A stretch of DNA of 63,980 bases, the filler included, from Conidiobolus incongruus B7586 (Eukaryota), in NCBI GenBank assembly GCA_000697335.1. It is 28 parts of 28 records of this genome, joined end to end, with 100 filler letters (N's around TTAATTAATTAA, not from the genome) between each part and the next. Parts side by side here need not be neighbours in the genome. Positions count along the whole stretch, not along the records: positions 28,421 to 29,463 come from JNEM01004795.1; positions 29,564 to 32,898 come from JNEM01004796.1; positions 32,999 to 34,932 come from JNEM01004798.1; positions 35,033 to 36,051 come from JNEM01004799.1; positions 36,152 to 37,355 come from JNEM01004806.1; positions 37,456 to 38,962 come from JNEM01004808.1; positions 39,063 to 40,080 come from JNEM01004810.1; positions 40,181 to 46,361 come from JNEM01004811.1; 20 more parts are not named here. One strand, given 5' to 3'. Positions 28,421 to 42,225 of this stretch are shown piece after piece. The notes under the pieces were generated by a model, which was given only the letters and a program-made list of their open reading frames with translations, was not told the origin of the DNA and did no database searches. Numbering within the stretch: position 1 is the first letter of the stretch; every line of letters starts with the position of its first letter. A program made the position numbers and the translations under genes.

Positions 28421-29330
28421 TTTAATTAAAACTTAAATATATTAAAATTATAAATAAAAATAATAAAAAGTATATTTGTAGATTAATTAATATAAATATA
28501 TATAATACAATTATAAAAATAAAAGAAAAATTATAAGACTATATAAAAATATTAATTAATATTAATATTATTATATAAACTTTATATTATAATAGATATC
28601 AGTTATATTTTAAGAAAACACATTTTTAACTAAAAAAGTCTTATTATAAAATTAAGCAAATATTTAAATATCAATATTAATATATAATTAAAACTAATTA
28701 GAATAAAATTATTTAGTTTAATAAAATAAAAATAAAAATCAGTAAATTTAATAAAAAAGCTAAATATTTCAAAAAAGATAAAAAACAATTTTTTTATAAC
28801 TTTTATGTTATCATAAGTTAAAAATATAATTATAAGCTAATTATAATTTAAGATATATATTATCTTTAATTATAAGTTATCATTATAAAGTTGATAAAGG
28901 AATTAATATTGAAATTTAAAATAGCATTTTAAATAATAAATTAAAAAAACTATTAAATAATATAAGTTAAATAATTCAAACACTTTTTTTAACTAGATAA
29001 TAACCCTTGCTATATAATAAATTCTATTATTAAATAGTTTAAAAATATCATAATAATTTTTATAAATTAATCTTTTGAATCTTTTAATCTTAATTAAATG
29101 TTTTTAAGATTAATTAAAAAAATTAATTAAAAATTCCCTATTAGCAAAAAAATTTAAATTAATTTACGAGTATATTTATAAAGTTGAAATAATATTAGTT
29201 TTATTTAATATAAAAAGCTAGTTGACTTTATACCCTATAAACTTAAAGAGGTTAGAAAAGCAAAAGATGGGTAAAATAAATATTAATTTTTCTATCAATA
29301 TTAAAACTTATAAATTCATAACTCTTTTTA
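28421..29330 (+). mobile_element. Degenerate Tc1-like transposon, subfamily B2
   Basis: Collinear with B, but shares a different 3' sequence (tattaatttttctatcaata...) and a small insertion with the 36152-37355 copy. Confidence 0.8.
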
Positions 29331-30599
29331 AATATATTTTTATTTTTAATATATCATTAATAATTAATTAAATTTAACTTTATATTTTATAATATAATTA
29401 AAAAATATATATTAATTACATAATTTATAATAAGTTTATTTAAATTAAAATTAATTAAGATAGNNNNNNNNNNNNNNNNNNNNNNNNNNNNNNNNNNNNN
29501 NNNNNNNTTAATTAATTAANNNNNNNNNNNNNNNNNNNNNNNNNNNNNNNNNNNNNNNNNNNNTAAATAATAGTTTTAATTATTTTTGTAATATATTGAC
29601 TATATATAATTTTTAGCTATTTTAAATTAAGTATTATTTTATTATAATTAAACTTTATTATATATTTTTTGTTATCAGATATCTACTATATCTATAATAT
29701 ATAATTATTTATTAAATTTTATATTATAATATTGATATTAAATTTAAATTATATTAAACTAATAGCTTTATTATTTTATCTAATTGTTGTGTTTTATTAT
29801 AAGATTTTTCAATAACAATCTTTGTTAATAAATTATTTATTAATAATTTTAATTAAATAGTTGATTCAAAAAATAATAATCTTTAATTATACACTAATGA
29901 AGGCTAGCTTGATTTAAAAATAATATTGATTTAATTACCCAATTGAGATGGACGGTTTATTTTGAAATACAACATAATCAAAAACATTATTGAAGTATTA
30001 TATTTATAATATATTAAAATAACTAAATTTCATCTTATTATAGTCATTTCAACAATTATGATTTTTTTAAACTTTCAAATAAATAAATATAATCAAAAAT
30101 TATACTATTAAGCATTGTATTTAATATATGCGAATTTTTCATTTAATTCCAAAGGATAAACATTGGTATTAGTATATTTTTGATTTTTAAAATTATTTAC
30201 TTGATCTATTTAACTTCAATTTATATAATATATTTTAATTTTAAATTATTTTTCTTTATAATTATAGGAAATTTAGTCAAAGTTATATATATATATATAT
30301 ATAAGAGGTTAAATGTTTTATATCATTAATTCTGATTATTTTAAGATTTAATAATATTCTCACAAATCGAATAATAACAGAGATATTTAATAAAAATATT
30401 TAATAAAGCTCTTTCATAAATATGTATCAGATTATAGTTTAGTTACGTTCATTTGTGTTTTAGATAATAAAACTCAATCAAATATAATTTTGAGTGATAT
30501 ATAAAAATCATTTAATAAACTGCTATCAAGATAGTCATACAAGTAATAATATCCTTATACTTGTATTTATTTAACCGAATATACTCGATATTTAATCAA

Positions 30600-31780
30600 T
30601 ATTAATAAAATCAAATCAAGATGTAAATGATCTAGACTGTGAATTAATGGATCTCTTTGTGATCTTATGATACTTGAGAATACTATTGACTATTAAATTT
30701 TCAACCTCAGAAAATTTTCATGATCACTACTTTGAGGAGTTATATAGCAACATTTTTGTTTATTCAATAGTATCATGTGATGGATAATTTTTGAAGGGTT
30801 TTAATTCAATGGTATCAAAGTATTTTAAAGCTCAAAAGTGAAGGTTTGAGTTAATATATATTTTTTATTTTTTTAACAAGTGATAAAATTTAGTAGTTTG
30901 ATAGATTTCATTTATTGTTAAGCTATTTAGATTACTTGGCATATGATATCAAGATCTTTAATCAAAAACAATCTTAACATCATTAATTTCACTCCGATTG
31001 TTTGATTGAATTGCATTAAGATTGAACTCAAAGATTCCCCCCACGAGCTTTCCACTCTACTTGTCAGTAATCGATCCACAATTCGATATTCCGCATGATC
31101 TAAGGCGAATTATAAACCTGTATATGGTTGATTTTTGGAAATTTCTAACTTAATTAGAATTTTACAATCACCTTAAATTTTAACAAAGCAATCACAAAAT
31201 GGAATATTTTTTGGAATGAGGATATCATTGAATGATCTTTCACAATTAATATTAAAGTTAAAAATATTGAATAGGGTAAAAATTAAAATTGCAATCTCTC
31301 AAATTTTAATAAATTTTCAATTTATCAAATGGCTACTAATATTAGATCAATTTATATTTCTTAAGGAATTATAAGAAAAAATCCTCTAAATTATTTATAT
31401 TGATGCATTTATCAACATCCGGATATTTTGTGAAAAATATGAAGAGAATAATATAATAATGGAATTAATTTTTCTAACATAATGTTGCTTCAATTAACCA
31501 AAGGGAAAGTTCCTTTTTGATCAATGTTTGATCAGATCAATATTTTTATTCAGTATTCATAACCAATGCAATCTCAAATCGAATTCAATCGATCGATCCA
31601 TGCCATTATCATTGTATTATTATTGTTTTTATTATTATTTCATTATATAAATACATCAAAATTATACACGATACATTTCAGAATTATTATTAAATATCAT
31701 TACTTAGCCAGAGAATGTTGAAATTAAAAGGAGGGGGGAATATAACTTGATGAAACTTCAATTTAAATATATGTGCTATT
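30600..31780 (+). pseudogene. Possible decayed protein-coding gene, product unclear
   Basis: Locally GC-richer and CpG-containing, with codon-like stretches (VSCDG*FLKGFNSMVSKYF, LLLSYLDY) broken by stops and frameshifts. The resemblance to fungal transcription-factor middle regions is weak. Confidence 0.3.
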
Positions 31781-32998
31781 AGAAATATTAAATTTGGAAA
31801 AATTATCAAAAATATATTCATGATCAATTATTATCTTTTAATTTAAAATCTTATAATTGATCTTTTTAGATATTATAATTACTAATTAATCTTATACAAA
31901 TATTATTATTTTTGGTAAAAATCAAGTTAATTAAGGAATATATATATTTCCAAATATCATTGTCCAAGGCAATTTAAATATTAATTATTTTAAATAGGGA
32001 AAATTTAGCAAGTATTATAGAATTGATTGCTAAAAAGAAAAAATTTTAGTTTATTAAAAAGCAGATATTAAGTGAATATTAAATCATTCTGAGTATAGGA
32101 TGATTATATTGAATTAATTTTTATATTAATTCAATTAATCCATTATAATTATTATAATATATTTATAATATTAATATAAAAATTATTTATTATAAATTAA
32201 TTTTATATAAATATATATTAAAATCAAATTTTTAGATTTGAAACAATGATATTCCCTTTCAAAGAACTAAAACATATTGAAGTTTTTTATAAAGCTTGAT
32301 ATTTTTTCACTCTAATATTTATAATAAAGTTATTATAAAAGAATTTCAAATATATTTAAATATTGAGTATTGTAAAAAATTTATTATTATTTTTAATATT
32401 TTATAATACTATTATCAAATATTTTTCATATTCTATCATTTAATTTATTTGATTTTTATATTTTTAATACGATTTTATAAAAATATTCAAAATTTTTAAG
32501 TTTAATGAAAATTTATTATATTAGATTCCATTATTCAATTAAAAATATATTCTTATAATTAAATAAGAATTAATATTTGAAATAAAATATTTAGTCTAAT
32601 TTGTAATATATAATGATTTTATATTAATTTATTTTTTTAATATAAGTGTTATCTTAAATTCAATCTGTAAATATTCAAAGTAGAATTTAAATAATATTTA
32701 AAAAATACATTTTTTTAATTTAATAAAAATTAATTTTTAATTTTTTATTAATTTTTTTTACAAAAATATAATAGATTTTTAACAATTAAAACAATATATA
32801 TATTAGTTTATAAAAGTAAATTATAAAAGTAAAGTCTTTAATATTTAATTAATAATTTGACTAATTCTTAATTATAATAATATAAATTAAATTATATANN
32901 NNNNNNNNNNNNNNNNNNNNNNNNNNNNNNNNNNNNNNNNNNTTAATTAATTAANNNNNNNNNNNNNNNNNNNNNNNNNNNNNNNNNNNNNNNNNNNN

Positions 32999-34650
32999 TT
33001 TTAATTTCTAATTTTTCAAATATATAATTAATTTAAAATAAATAAATATATACAAAGTTAATAGGAAATTATATATTTTTAATATATATATATAATATTT
33101 TGTTTGGTTAAAAAATTAACTTTTTAAAATTAGTTGCTTAATTTAATTATATTTAAACTAAATAATAATCATCAAAAGTTTTTTATTTTAGTATTAATAA
33201 AACTTAACCATAAGTCCTTTAATATTATTTAAAATTTACAAGCAGCTTTTAGTAATAAAGTATTATTTAAATTAACAATTTATTGCTAGGTAAATTATTT
33301 TAAAGCTAAAAGAGAAACTATCTAAAACCTATTAAAATTTAAAAAACCAACTTTAATTGTTATTTTTTTAATTGTTAATAGAGTGAAAAAATATATTGAA
33401 AAGAATCTTTTTATTTTAGTAAGAGAATTATTTAAGCACTTTAATATTAGTTTTATAAGTATTTTATATATATTGAAGTTTAAACTTAAATTAATAAATA
33501 AAAATATAAAATAAGTATCTTATAATTTAATTAAAGTTTAAAAAAAGTTAGAGTAATTATTATTAAATAAAACTTACTTAAATATTATTAGAAGCTTAAA
33601 CTTTTACAACAAATAATTACAATTGATGAATCTTAAATCTTTATATATAATCCTTTATCAAAACACAAATCAAGATGCTAGATTAAGCTAAATTAACTTT
33701 TTCTATAAATCCTTTTAAATAAACATTTTGTTAATAAGTAAATAGTAATTATTATAATAAATAATAATGGTATATACTACTTATATTTAATTTTTAAAGG
33801 AAAATCAATTAATAGTAAACTTTATATTACTTTTTTAAATAAAAGTATTTATAATTAGTGTTTATAATATAATTTAAGAAAACCTATTATTTTACATGAT
33901 AATTATAAAATACATAAATTTAAAGCTATAAAAAACTTTTTAATTAAAAATATCTGGACAAAACTACTATATTTAATATATTCTTTAGATTATAACTTAA
34001 GTAATTAAAAAACTAATTTATAAGAAAGAAAATTTTTACAGGAAAATTTAATTATTTTGTGAAATAAAAAATTTTAGTCTTTAATCAAAAGAATTATTTT
34101 TTAAATATTAAATCTTTATTAATAATATAGCAAAAAGCTATTAATAATAAAGAAAGTTATTAAATTTAATTATATATTAAAATATTTATTTATTATTTGT
34201 TAAAAGACTAATTTTTTAAATTCTTATATATATTTTCATATAATTTAATTAATTATAAATTATATAATTAATTTATATTTATATAATTAAATTAATTATA
34301 TAAATAACATTGAATTATTTAATAAACTAAGCTTTTTTTCCCTCTTAATTCTTACTATTTTTCATTTTTACATTATTTTTAAGATTGAGACTACTTTTTA
34401 TTAATATTATAGCATATTAACATTACTTAATATAAATCTTAATATATTAGTGACTCATCTTAGTTTGAAGCTTAATTAAACTTTGTTTACACTTGCACAC
34501 TACAACTATATTATATTACCATATTTTACACCATATTACTTTTATATTAAGGTTTCCTCTATACTATATTAATTTAACCACCACTATATTTATATTTTTA
34601 ATCACAAAATATTCCTATTATTAAAAATACAGAGTAATATTTTAATAACT
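32999..34650 (+). mobile_element. Degenerate mariner family A copy, interrupted near its 3' end by family C
   Basis: att aca att gat gaa tct (ITIDES) near 33617 and tta cat gat aat near 33892. The right end aatcacaaaatattcctattattaaaaatacagagtaata resumes near 34600. Confidence 0.88.
34200..34586 (-). mobile_element. Family C element end (TA|yAGTGGTGGyyAAA, Tc1/mariner-type terminus)
   Basis: The minus strand reads ta-tagtggtggttaaattaatatagtatagagg. The same terminus occurs more decayed at about 16109-16180, and the internal part at 10756-10985. Confidence 0.6.
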
Positions 34651-35068
34651 TTTATTTAATAAAAGTTACTTTAATTTTTTTTAGCTTTAGTTAAATTATA
34701 TAGTATGTATTTTATATTTTTATTAATTAATTTGAATTTAAACTTTATTATATAATATATTTCTTACACTAATATTATAATATTTGATTAATACTTTATT
34801 TGAAATAAAAGGATACTATTAATATATTTTTTTCACTTTATTAATAATTAAAAAATATAATAATTGATGTTGTTTTTTTTAGATTTTAACAAGTTTTAGA
34901 TAGTTTCTCTTTTAAGCTTATAATAGTTTATCNNNNNNNNNNNNNNNNNNNNNNNNNNNNNNNNNNNNNNNNNNNNTTAATTAATTAANNNNNNNNNNNN
35001 NNNNNNNNNNNNNNNNNNNNNNNNNNNNNNNNAATTATTTCTAATTTAAACTTTAATATATATATATA

Positions 35069-36051
35069 TATTAACTTATAAAAATAAGTTATAAAATCAA
35101 AAACAATTATATTTTTATTAATAATTTAATTAATATTTCATAAAATAAACCTAAATTAAATAATTAAAATCTGTTATATTTATTAATAATATTTATCATT
35201 AAATAATAATATTTAGTTATTAATTAACTAAAATATAAACTTTAAAATTTTACTTAAGATAAGTTATAAATTTGTAGGTTTTTAATGATAAAAAAAATTA
35301 AAACTTAGTATATTTATTTTTAACTTTTTTAATTTCTTTAAGTTTATAGGGTATAGAATTAATTAACTTTTTACACTAAGAAAAGTTAATCTTATTTTAT
35401 ACTTCTTAAATATATTTTTAAAGTTAATTTAAATCTTTTATTAAAGGGAAAACTTTAATAGCTTTTTTTAACTAATTTTAAAAGTGTCTAATTAAATTAA
35501 AGATAAAAAATTAAGAAAGCTACTTTATAACTATTATTTTGTTATTTTTAAGTTATTTGGTAGTAAAAGTTATAGTATAACAAAAACCATTATTTTTTTA
35601 GAAAATAATATTAGATTTATTTAACCTATATTATTTAATAGTTTTTTTCAATTTATTATTTAAAATACTTTAATATATTTTAATATTGATTTCTTTATTA
35701 ATTTTATAAAAATATCTTATACTTAAAGATAACATATATCTTTAAATAATAATTAACCTACTATTATACTTTTAGGTAAAATTAATATAATAGTTATAAA
35801 GTAGTTTTATATCTTTTTTAAAATATTTAACTTTTTTATTAGATTTACTCAAGTATATTTTTATTTCATTAGATTAAATAACTTTACTCTAATTAGTTTT
35901 AGTTTAATATTAGTAATAATATTTAAACTTTTACCTAGATTTATAATAAGATTTTTTTAGTTGAAGGTGTTTTTTCTTAAGATATAAATAGTATCTATAT
36001 TAATATAAAGTATATATAATAATATTAATGTTAATTAATATTTTTGTATAG
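35069..36051 (-). mobile_element. Degenerate Tc1-like transposon, family B, with 3' TIR
   Basis: Collinear with 37500-38962 and inserted in a (TA)n run. Confidence 0.88.
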
Positions 36052-36151
36052 NNNNNNNNNNNNNNNNNNNNNNNNNNNNNNNNNNNNNNNNNNNNTTAAT
36101 TAATTAANNNNNNNNNNNNNNNNNNNNNNNNNNNNNNNNNNNNNNNNNNNN

Positions 36152-37355
36152 TTTATTTATAATATAATATATATAATTAAATTTAATTAATTATTAATTG
36201 ATATATTAATACTAAAAATATATTTAAAATAAGTTATAAATTTGTAGGTTTTAGTATTGATAGAAAAATTAATATGTAATATAACTATCTTTTCCTTTTT
36301 TAACTTTTTTAAGTTTATAGGGTATAGATTCAACTAGCTTTTTATATTAAGTAAAACTAATATTATTTTAAGTTTCTTAAATATACTTTTAAAGTTAATT
36401 TAAATTTTTTGCTAGGGGGAAAATTTTAATTGATTTTTTTAATTAATCCCAAAAATATTTAATTAAGTTAAAATTAAAAGGTTTAAAAGGTTATTTTATA
36501 ATAGTTATTTTATTATTTTTAAGCCATTTAATAATAAAATTTATAGTATAACAAGGTATATTATCTTGTTAGAAAATAATATTTGATTTTTTTAATATAA
36601 ACCACTCAATAATTTTTTTCAATATATTATTTAAAATACTTTAGTATATTTCAGTATTAATTCCTTTATTAACCTTATAAAGATATTTTATACTTAAAAA
36701 TAACATATATCCTTAAATTACAATTAACCCATTATTATATTTTTAGGTTATAATAACATAATAGTTATAAAGTAATTCTTTATCTTTTTTTAAACATTTA
36801 GTTTTTTTATTAAATTTATTAAAATATATCTTTGTTTTATTAAATTAATAACCTTACTTTAATTAATTTTGGTTTAACTTTAATGTTGATATTTAAACTC
36901 CTAATTAGTTTAATAATAAATTTTCTTTAATTAAAGGTGTTTTTTTTAAAGTATAAGTAGTATCTATTTTAATATAAAGTATATAAAATAGTATTAGTAC
37001 TAACTAATATTCTTGTATAGTTTTATAGTTCTGATTATATTTTTATAATAGAATTATATTTACCTAAATTAACTAATCTATAAATATTTTTTTATCATAT
37101 TTATTTATAATTCTAATACACTTAAGTTTTAGTTTAAGTGGTTTTTTAACATTATTTTTAATAACCTTAACTATAGTAGATTAGCTAATATTAATAATTC
37201 TAATAATTTTATAAGTTAAATTATTTTTATTATAAAGTTGATTAATATATAAATAAACTTTTTTAGAAAAATATTTAAGTATTATAATATTAATTTCAAA
37301 ATATTAGCTTAATAGTTTTATAATATATATAATACAACAAAAGAAAAAAAAGATA
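36152..37355 (-). mobile_element. Degenerate Tc1-like transposon, subfamily B2
   Basis: Collinear with B, with diagnostic positions shared with 28421-29330. Confidence 0.85.
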
Positions 37356-37499
37356 NNNNNNNNNNNNNNNNNNNNNNNNNNNNNNNNNNNNNNNNNNNNT
37401 TAATTAATTAANNNNNNNNNNNNNNNNNNNNNNNNNNNNNNNNNNNNNNNNNNNNTAAATTAATAAAAATTTATATTTATATAAAAGAAATACCATATA

Positions 37500-38962
37500 T
37501 ACTAACCTACAAAAATGAGTTGTAAAATCAAAAACATATATTTTTACTAATAACTTGATTAATATTTAATAAGATAAACCAAATTAAAAAATTAAAATCT
37601 ATTATATTTATTAATTATATATATCATTAAATAATGATATTTAGTTAATAATTAGCTAAAATATAAACCTTTAAATTTTACCTAAGATGAGTTATAAATT
37701 TGTAGGTTTTTTATGATAAAAAAAATTAAAACCTAGTATATCTACTCTTAACTTTTCTAACTTCTTTGAGTTTATGTGGTATAGAATCAACTAACTTTTT
37801 ATATTAGGAAAAATTAATCTTGTTTTATACTTCTTGAATATATTTTTATAATTGATCTAAATTTTTTATTAGGGGGAAAGCTTTAATAACTTTAATAACT
37901 TTTTTTAACTAATTTTAAAGGTGTTTAATTAGATTAAAGTTAAGAGATTGAAGAAGTTACTTCATAACTATTATCTTTTTATTTTTAAGCTATTTGGTAA
38001 TAAAAGCTATAATATAATAAAAAGCATTATCTTATTAGAAAATAATATCAGATTTATTTAACCTATAATATTCAATAGTTTTTTTCTATTTATTGTTTAG
38101 AATATTTTAATACATCTCAGTATTAATTCCCCTATTAATTTTATAAAGATACTTTACACTTAAAGATAGTATATATTCCTAAATAATAATTAACCTATCA
38201 TTATACTTTTGGGTAAAATTAACATAATAGTTATAAAGTAATTTTATATCTTTTTTAAAATATCTAGCTTTTTTAATAAATCTATTAAAGTATATTTTTA
38301 TTTCATTAGACTAAATAACTTTACTCTAATTAGTTTTAGTTTAATATTAATAATAGCATTTAAACACCCATTTAGCTTTATAATAAGATTTCTTTAATTG
38401 GGGGTGTTTTTTCTTAAAGTGTAAATAATATCTATACTAATATAAAATATATATATTAGTATTAATATTAATCAATATTCTTATATAATCTTATAGTTCT
38501 TGTTATATTTTTATAATATTATTATATTTGCCTATATTAATTAATTTATAAATATACTTTTTATTATATTTAATTATATTTTTAATATATTTAAGTTTAA
38601 GTTTAAATGTTTTTTTATTGTTATTCTTAATAGCTTTAACTATTATAATTTAACTAACACTAGTAATTTTATCAATATCATAAGTTGATTTATTTTTTTT
38701 ATAAAGTTAATTAATATACAAGTGAATTTTTTTAGCAAGGGATTTAAGTATAATGATATTAATAAAAGAAATTTAGTATATCTATAAAATATTATATAAA
38801 ATAATAACAAAAAAAAATATGGTTATATATTATTAAAAATATCCCTTTATCTTAAAAACTTGTAAATTTATAACTTATCTTAATTAAATATTAAGGATTA
38901 ATATTTTAGCTATTAGTTTAATAAATATATCTAAATATATTTATTTATTATTAAATAATATA
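37500..38962 (-). mobile_element. Near full-length Tc1-like IR/DR transposon, family B (both TIRs; the second is cut by the contig end)
   Basis: TIR at about 37500-37715. Its inverted copy starts near 38853 (aaaaacttgtaaatttataacttatct...). About 1.05 kb of transposase relic lies between them. Confidence 0.92.
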
Positions 38963-39062
38963 NNNNNNNNNNNNNNNNNNNNNNNNNNNNNNNNNNNNNN
39001 NNNNNNTTAATTAATTAANNNNNNNNNNNNNNNNNNNNNNNNNNNNNNNNNNNNNNNNNNNN

Positions 39063-40020
39063 TAATATTAATTAAAATTAATATTATTATATATGTTTTA
39101 TATTAGCATAGATATTACTTATATCTTAAAAAAAACATCCTTAACTAAAAAAATCCCACTATAAAATGAAGCAAAAGTTTAAATATTACTATTAATATTA
39201 AACTAAAACTAATTAAAATAACGTTATTTAATCTAATAAAATAAAAATATATTTTAATAGATTTGATAAATAAGTTAAATATTTTAGAAAAGATACAGAA
39301 TTATTTTATGACTATTATGTTAATTTTACCCAGAAGTATAATAATGGGTTAATTATTATTTAGAGATATATATTATCCTTAAGTGTAAAATATCTTTATA
39401 AAGTTAATAGAAGAATTAATATTGAGATATATTAAAATATGTTAAATAATAAATTGAAAAAGAATTGAATAATATAGGTTAAACAAATCTAATATTATTT
39501 TCTAATAAGATATTATTTCTTATAATATTATAGCTTTTACTACCAAATAACTTAAAAATAACAAAATAATAGTTATAAAGTAGCTTTTTTAATCTCTTAA
39601 CTTTAACCTAATTGAATATTTTTAAGATTAGTTAAAAAAAAGCTATTAAAGCTTTCTCCCCAATAAAAGATTTAAATTAGCTTTAGGAATATATTTAAGA
39701 AATATAAAACAAAATTAACTGTTCTTAGTATAAAAAGCTAATTGATTTTATACCCCATAAACTTAAAAAAGTTAGAAAAGCTTAAAATAGATATATTAAG
39801 TGTTAATTTATTTTTATTACCAAAAACCTATAAATTTATAACTCACCTTAGGTAAAATTTAAAGGTTTATATTTTAACCAATTAATAACTAAATATTATT
39901 ATTAATAAATATAAAAGATTTTAATTATTTAATTTTAGTTTATTTTGTTAAATATTAATTAAGTTATTAATAAAAATATAAGTATTTTTGATTTTATAAC
40001 TTACTTTTGTAGGTTAGTAT
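39063..40020 (+). mobile_element. Degenerate Tc1-like transposon, family B, with 3' TIR
   Basis: It keeps aac cta att gaa (NxIE, catalytic E) near 39605-39616 and ends in ttttgtaggttagta|ta. Confidence 0.9.
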
Positions 40021-41349
40021 ATATAATAAGTAATATATATTGAAATATACACAAAAAAATATAAATAAATAAATAATACTNNNNNNNNNNNNNNNNNNNN
40101 NNNNNNNNNNNNNNNNNNNNNNNNTTAATTAATTAANNNNNNNNNNNNNNNNNNNNNNNNNNNNNNNNNNNNNNNNNNNNTAGATATTTAATATATATAA
40201 TTATAATAATCAATTTTTAATATTACAGAATAATTTAAAAAATAAATTTACTAATTTTAGAATTAAATTTTAATATAATAAATAACGTTAAAACAAAAAT
40301 AATAAGATTATGATAATTATTGACTTTGTTTTTTATTACAAAGTTCTTTACTAATGATAAATGCTTGATAACCTTATTTATGCTTATATATATTATTTCT
40401 ATAATTATATTTTTAATATAAAAATACAAAACTGATATTCTATCAAATTTTTTAAATGAAATATTTTAATTTATGAAAATAATCATAATTATATGGATTT
40501 ATATATAATAAATTTTATGGATAAGTAATAAAAAATAGTTTTGTAATAAATAAACCTTAGGTTATTTTCATTATATAAATTTTTAAATATTATTATTAAA
40601 TATACAAAGTGTTTTTTAATTAAAACTCTTTTAAGCTAGAATAATAATTTTAAAAATCTGAAGTATATTTTATTAACACAATATATATTCTTTATCAATA
40701 ATTGGTAGATTAACATATTATTTAATTTATACCTAATAATTGCATTTCCTTTAAATAATTTTTAATTTGGAATTTATAATAGAGGATTTGACCTTTTAGC
40801 CCAAGTACTCTTAATTTCAGGGAAATAAGCTATATAATAAAAATTAAAATTATTATATTTTTGATTATTTAATTTATTTTAAAACTATCTTTTAATAAAT
40901 AAATATAAAATCTATTTAAAAATATAAACATTATATTAATCCTTTGGCGAAAGTTAATAGCTGATATTAAAAATATTTATAATTTTTAAATTTATTTTTT
41001 AATTAATTATAAATCTAAAAAATAACTTAAAAAAGGTAAATTCTTTATATCAAATCTTTTAGCTATGAGTTAATTAAATTAGTTCACATTATTTCATTTT
41101 GAAACTTTATTGCCAACAAGTATTATTAAAAGATTCTATGAATAATTGACATAGGATGTTCTGTAAAATATAATATTTTAATAAATGATTTTTACTTAAT
41201 TCAGATAAAAATTAAAATTTTATAATTTTCAGTCATTTTGCTTTGGTTAAAAATTCAATGAAAAATTATATTTATTTAATGAATATAATAAGTTGTTAAG
41301 TTATTTGAGATTATTTAATATATTATTCAACTTAAATTGAAATAATTAA

Positions 41350-42225
41350 TTCATAAATTAATATTTAATATAAATATTGGAAATTATTTTGTAAACCATT
41401 GGATATTTATTATTTAAGATTATTTTTACTCTAATGATATAGATATACTTTTTTTCTCATTTGTATTGTCAATATACTATTTGATATTTTGACTAGAATG
41501 TATATCTTTCATTAATAATCATCTAGTGCTAATATAAATTCCAATCTTTTGTATTATAAAATAGATATTTCTTTATATTGCTCATTAACTATAGCTTAAT
41601 CATATATGATGGTTACTCTGAGAATATCCAGATATGTAGGCATTTGTAAGTGTTCTTATGATTGAGATGAAGGCGATTATAAATATGACTATTATTACTT
41701 CCTTTTAAGTTCCATTGCTAATTTAATAAATATGAAGTAATGCTCACATTGCTATTTCGGATATATTATTATAATCATTTAACATGATAGTATAATGACC
41801 ATCTCTTTATATATCAACTTATTTCATCTTAAAATACTATATTTTATTATATTAATCATAATTTGCTATTCAAAGGTATCATTTATTATTATAAAGAGTG
41901 AAGTAATTGGAGTCATCTCGATTGTCTACTGAAATATCCTGAATTAAGTAGAATAAAATGCAATGATCGAAGTTGATCACAGTATTAAAAGCAAATTAAT
42001 TCATGATTATATTTATGATTCAAAACTTACCAAATAGTATATTTGATCAGGTAAACTTTTTTACAATTCCCTTGTTGGACTATATTTCTGATGAAAATAC
42101 TTTATATATTATCAATTTTTTCCATTTAATAACTTTATAATTTTATTTTTTTATGATGAAACTGACTAAAAATGAATTCATTTCAACTGTTATAAAGTGC
42201 TAGAATTAAAAAGTTATTTGATTAA
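41350..42225 (+). pseudogene. Decayed paralog of the 7TM receptor at 44588-45499
   Basis: gatggttactctgagaatatccagatatgtaggcatttgtaag aligns with gatggttactttagggatattgaggtatttagccatttgtaaa. The 3' end gctagaattaaaaagttattt is shared. It has stops and frameshifts. The start is approximate. Confidence 0.85.

Noticed and set aside
40235..40429. 64-aa ORF
   Set aside because: Ile/Lys/Asn/Phe low-complexity chance ORF with a non-ATG start.
40700..41170. Minus-strand IILVGNK as a small-GTPase or helicase relic
   Set aside because: No following Asp, no P-loop, and stops on both sides.
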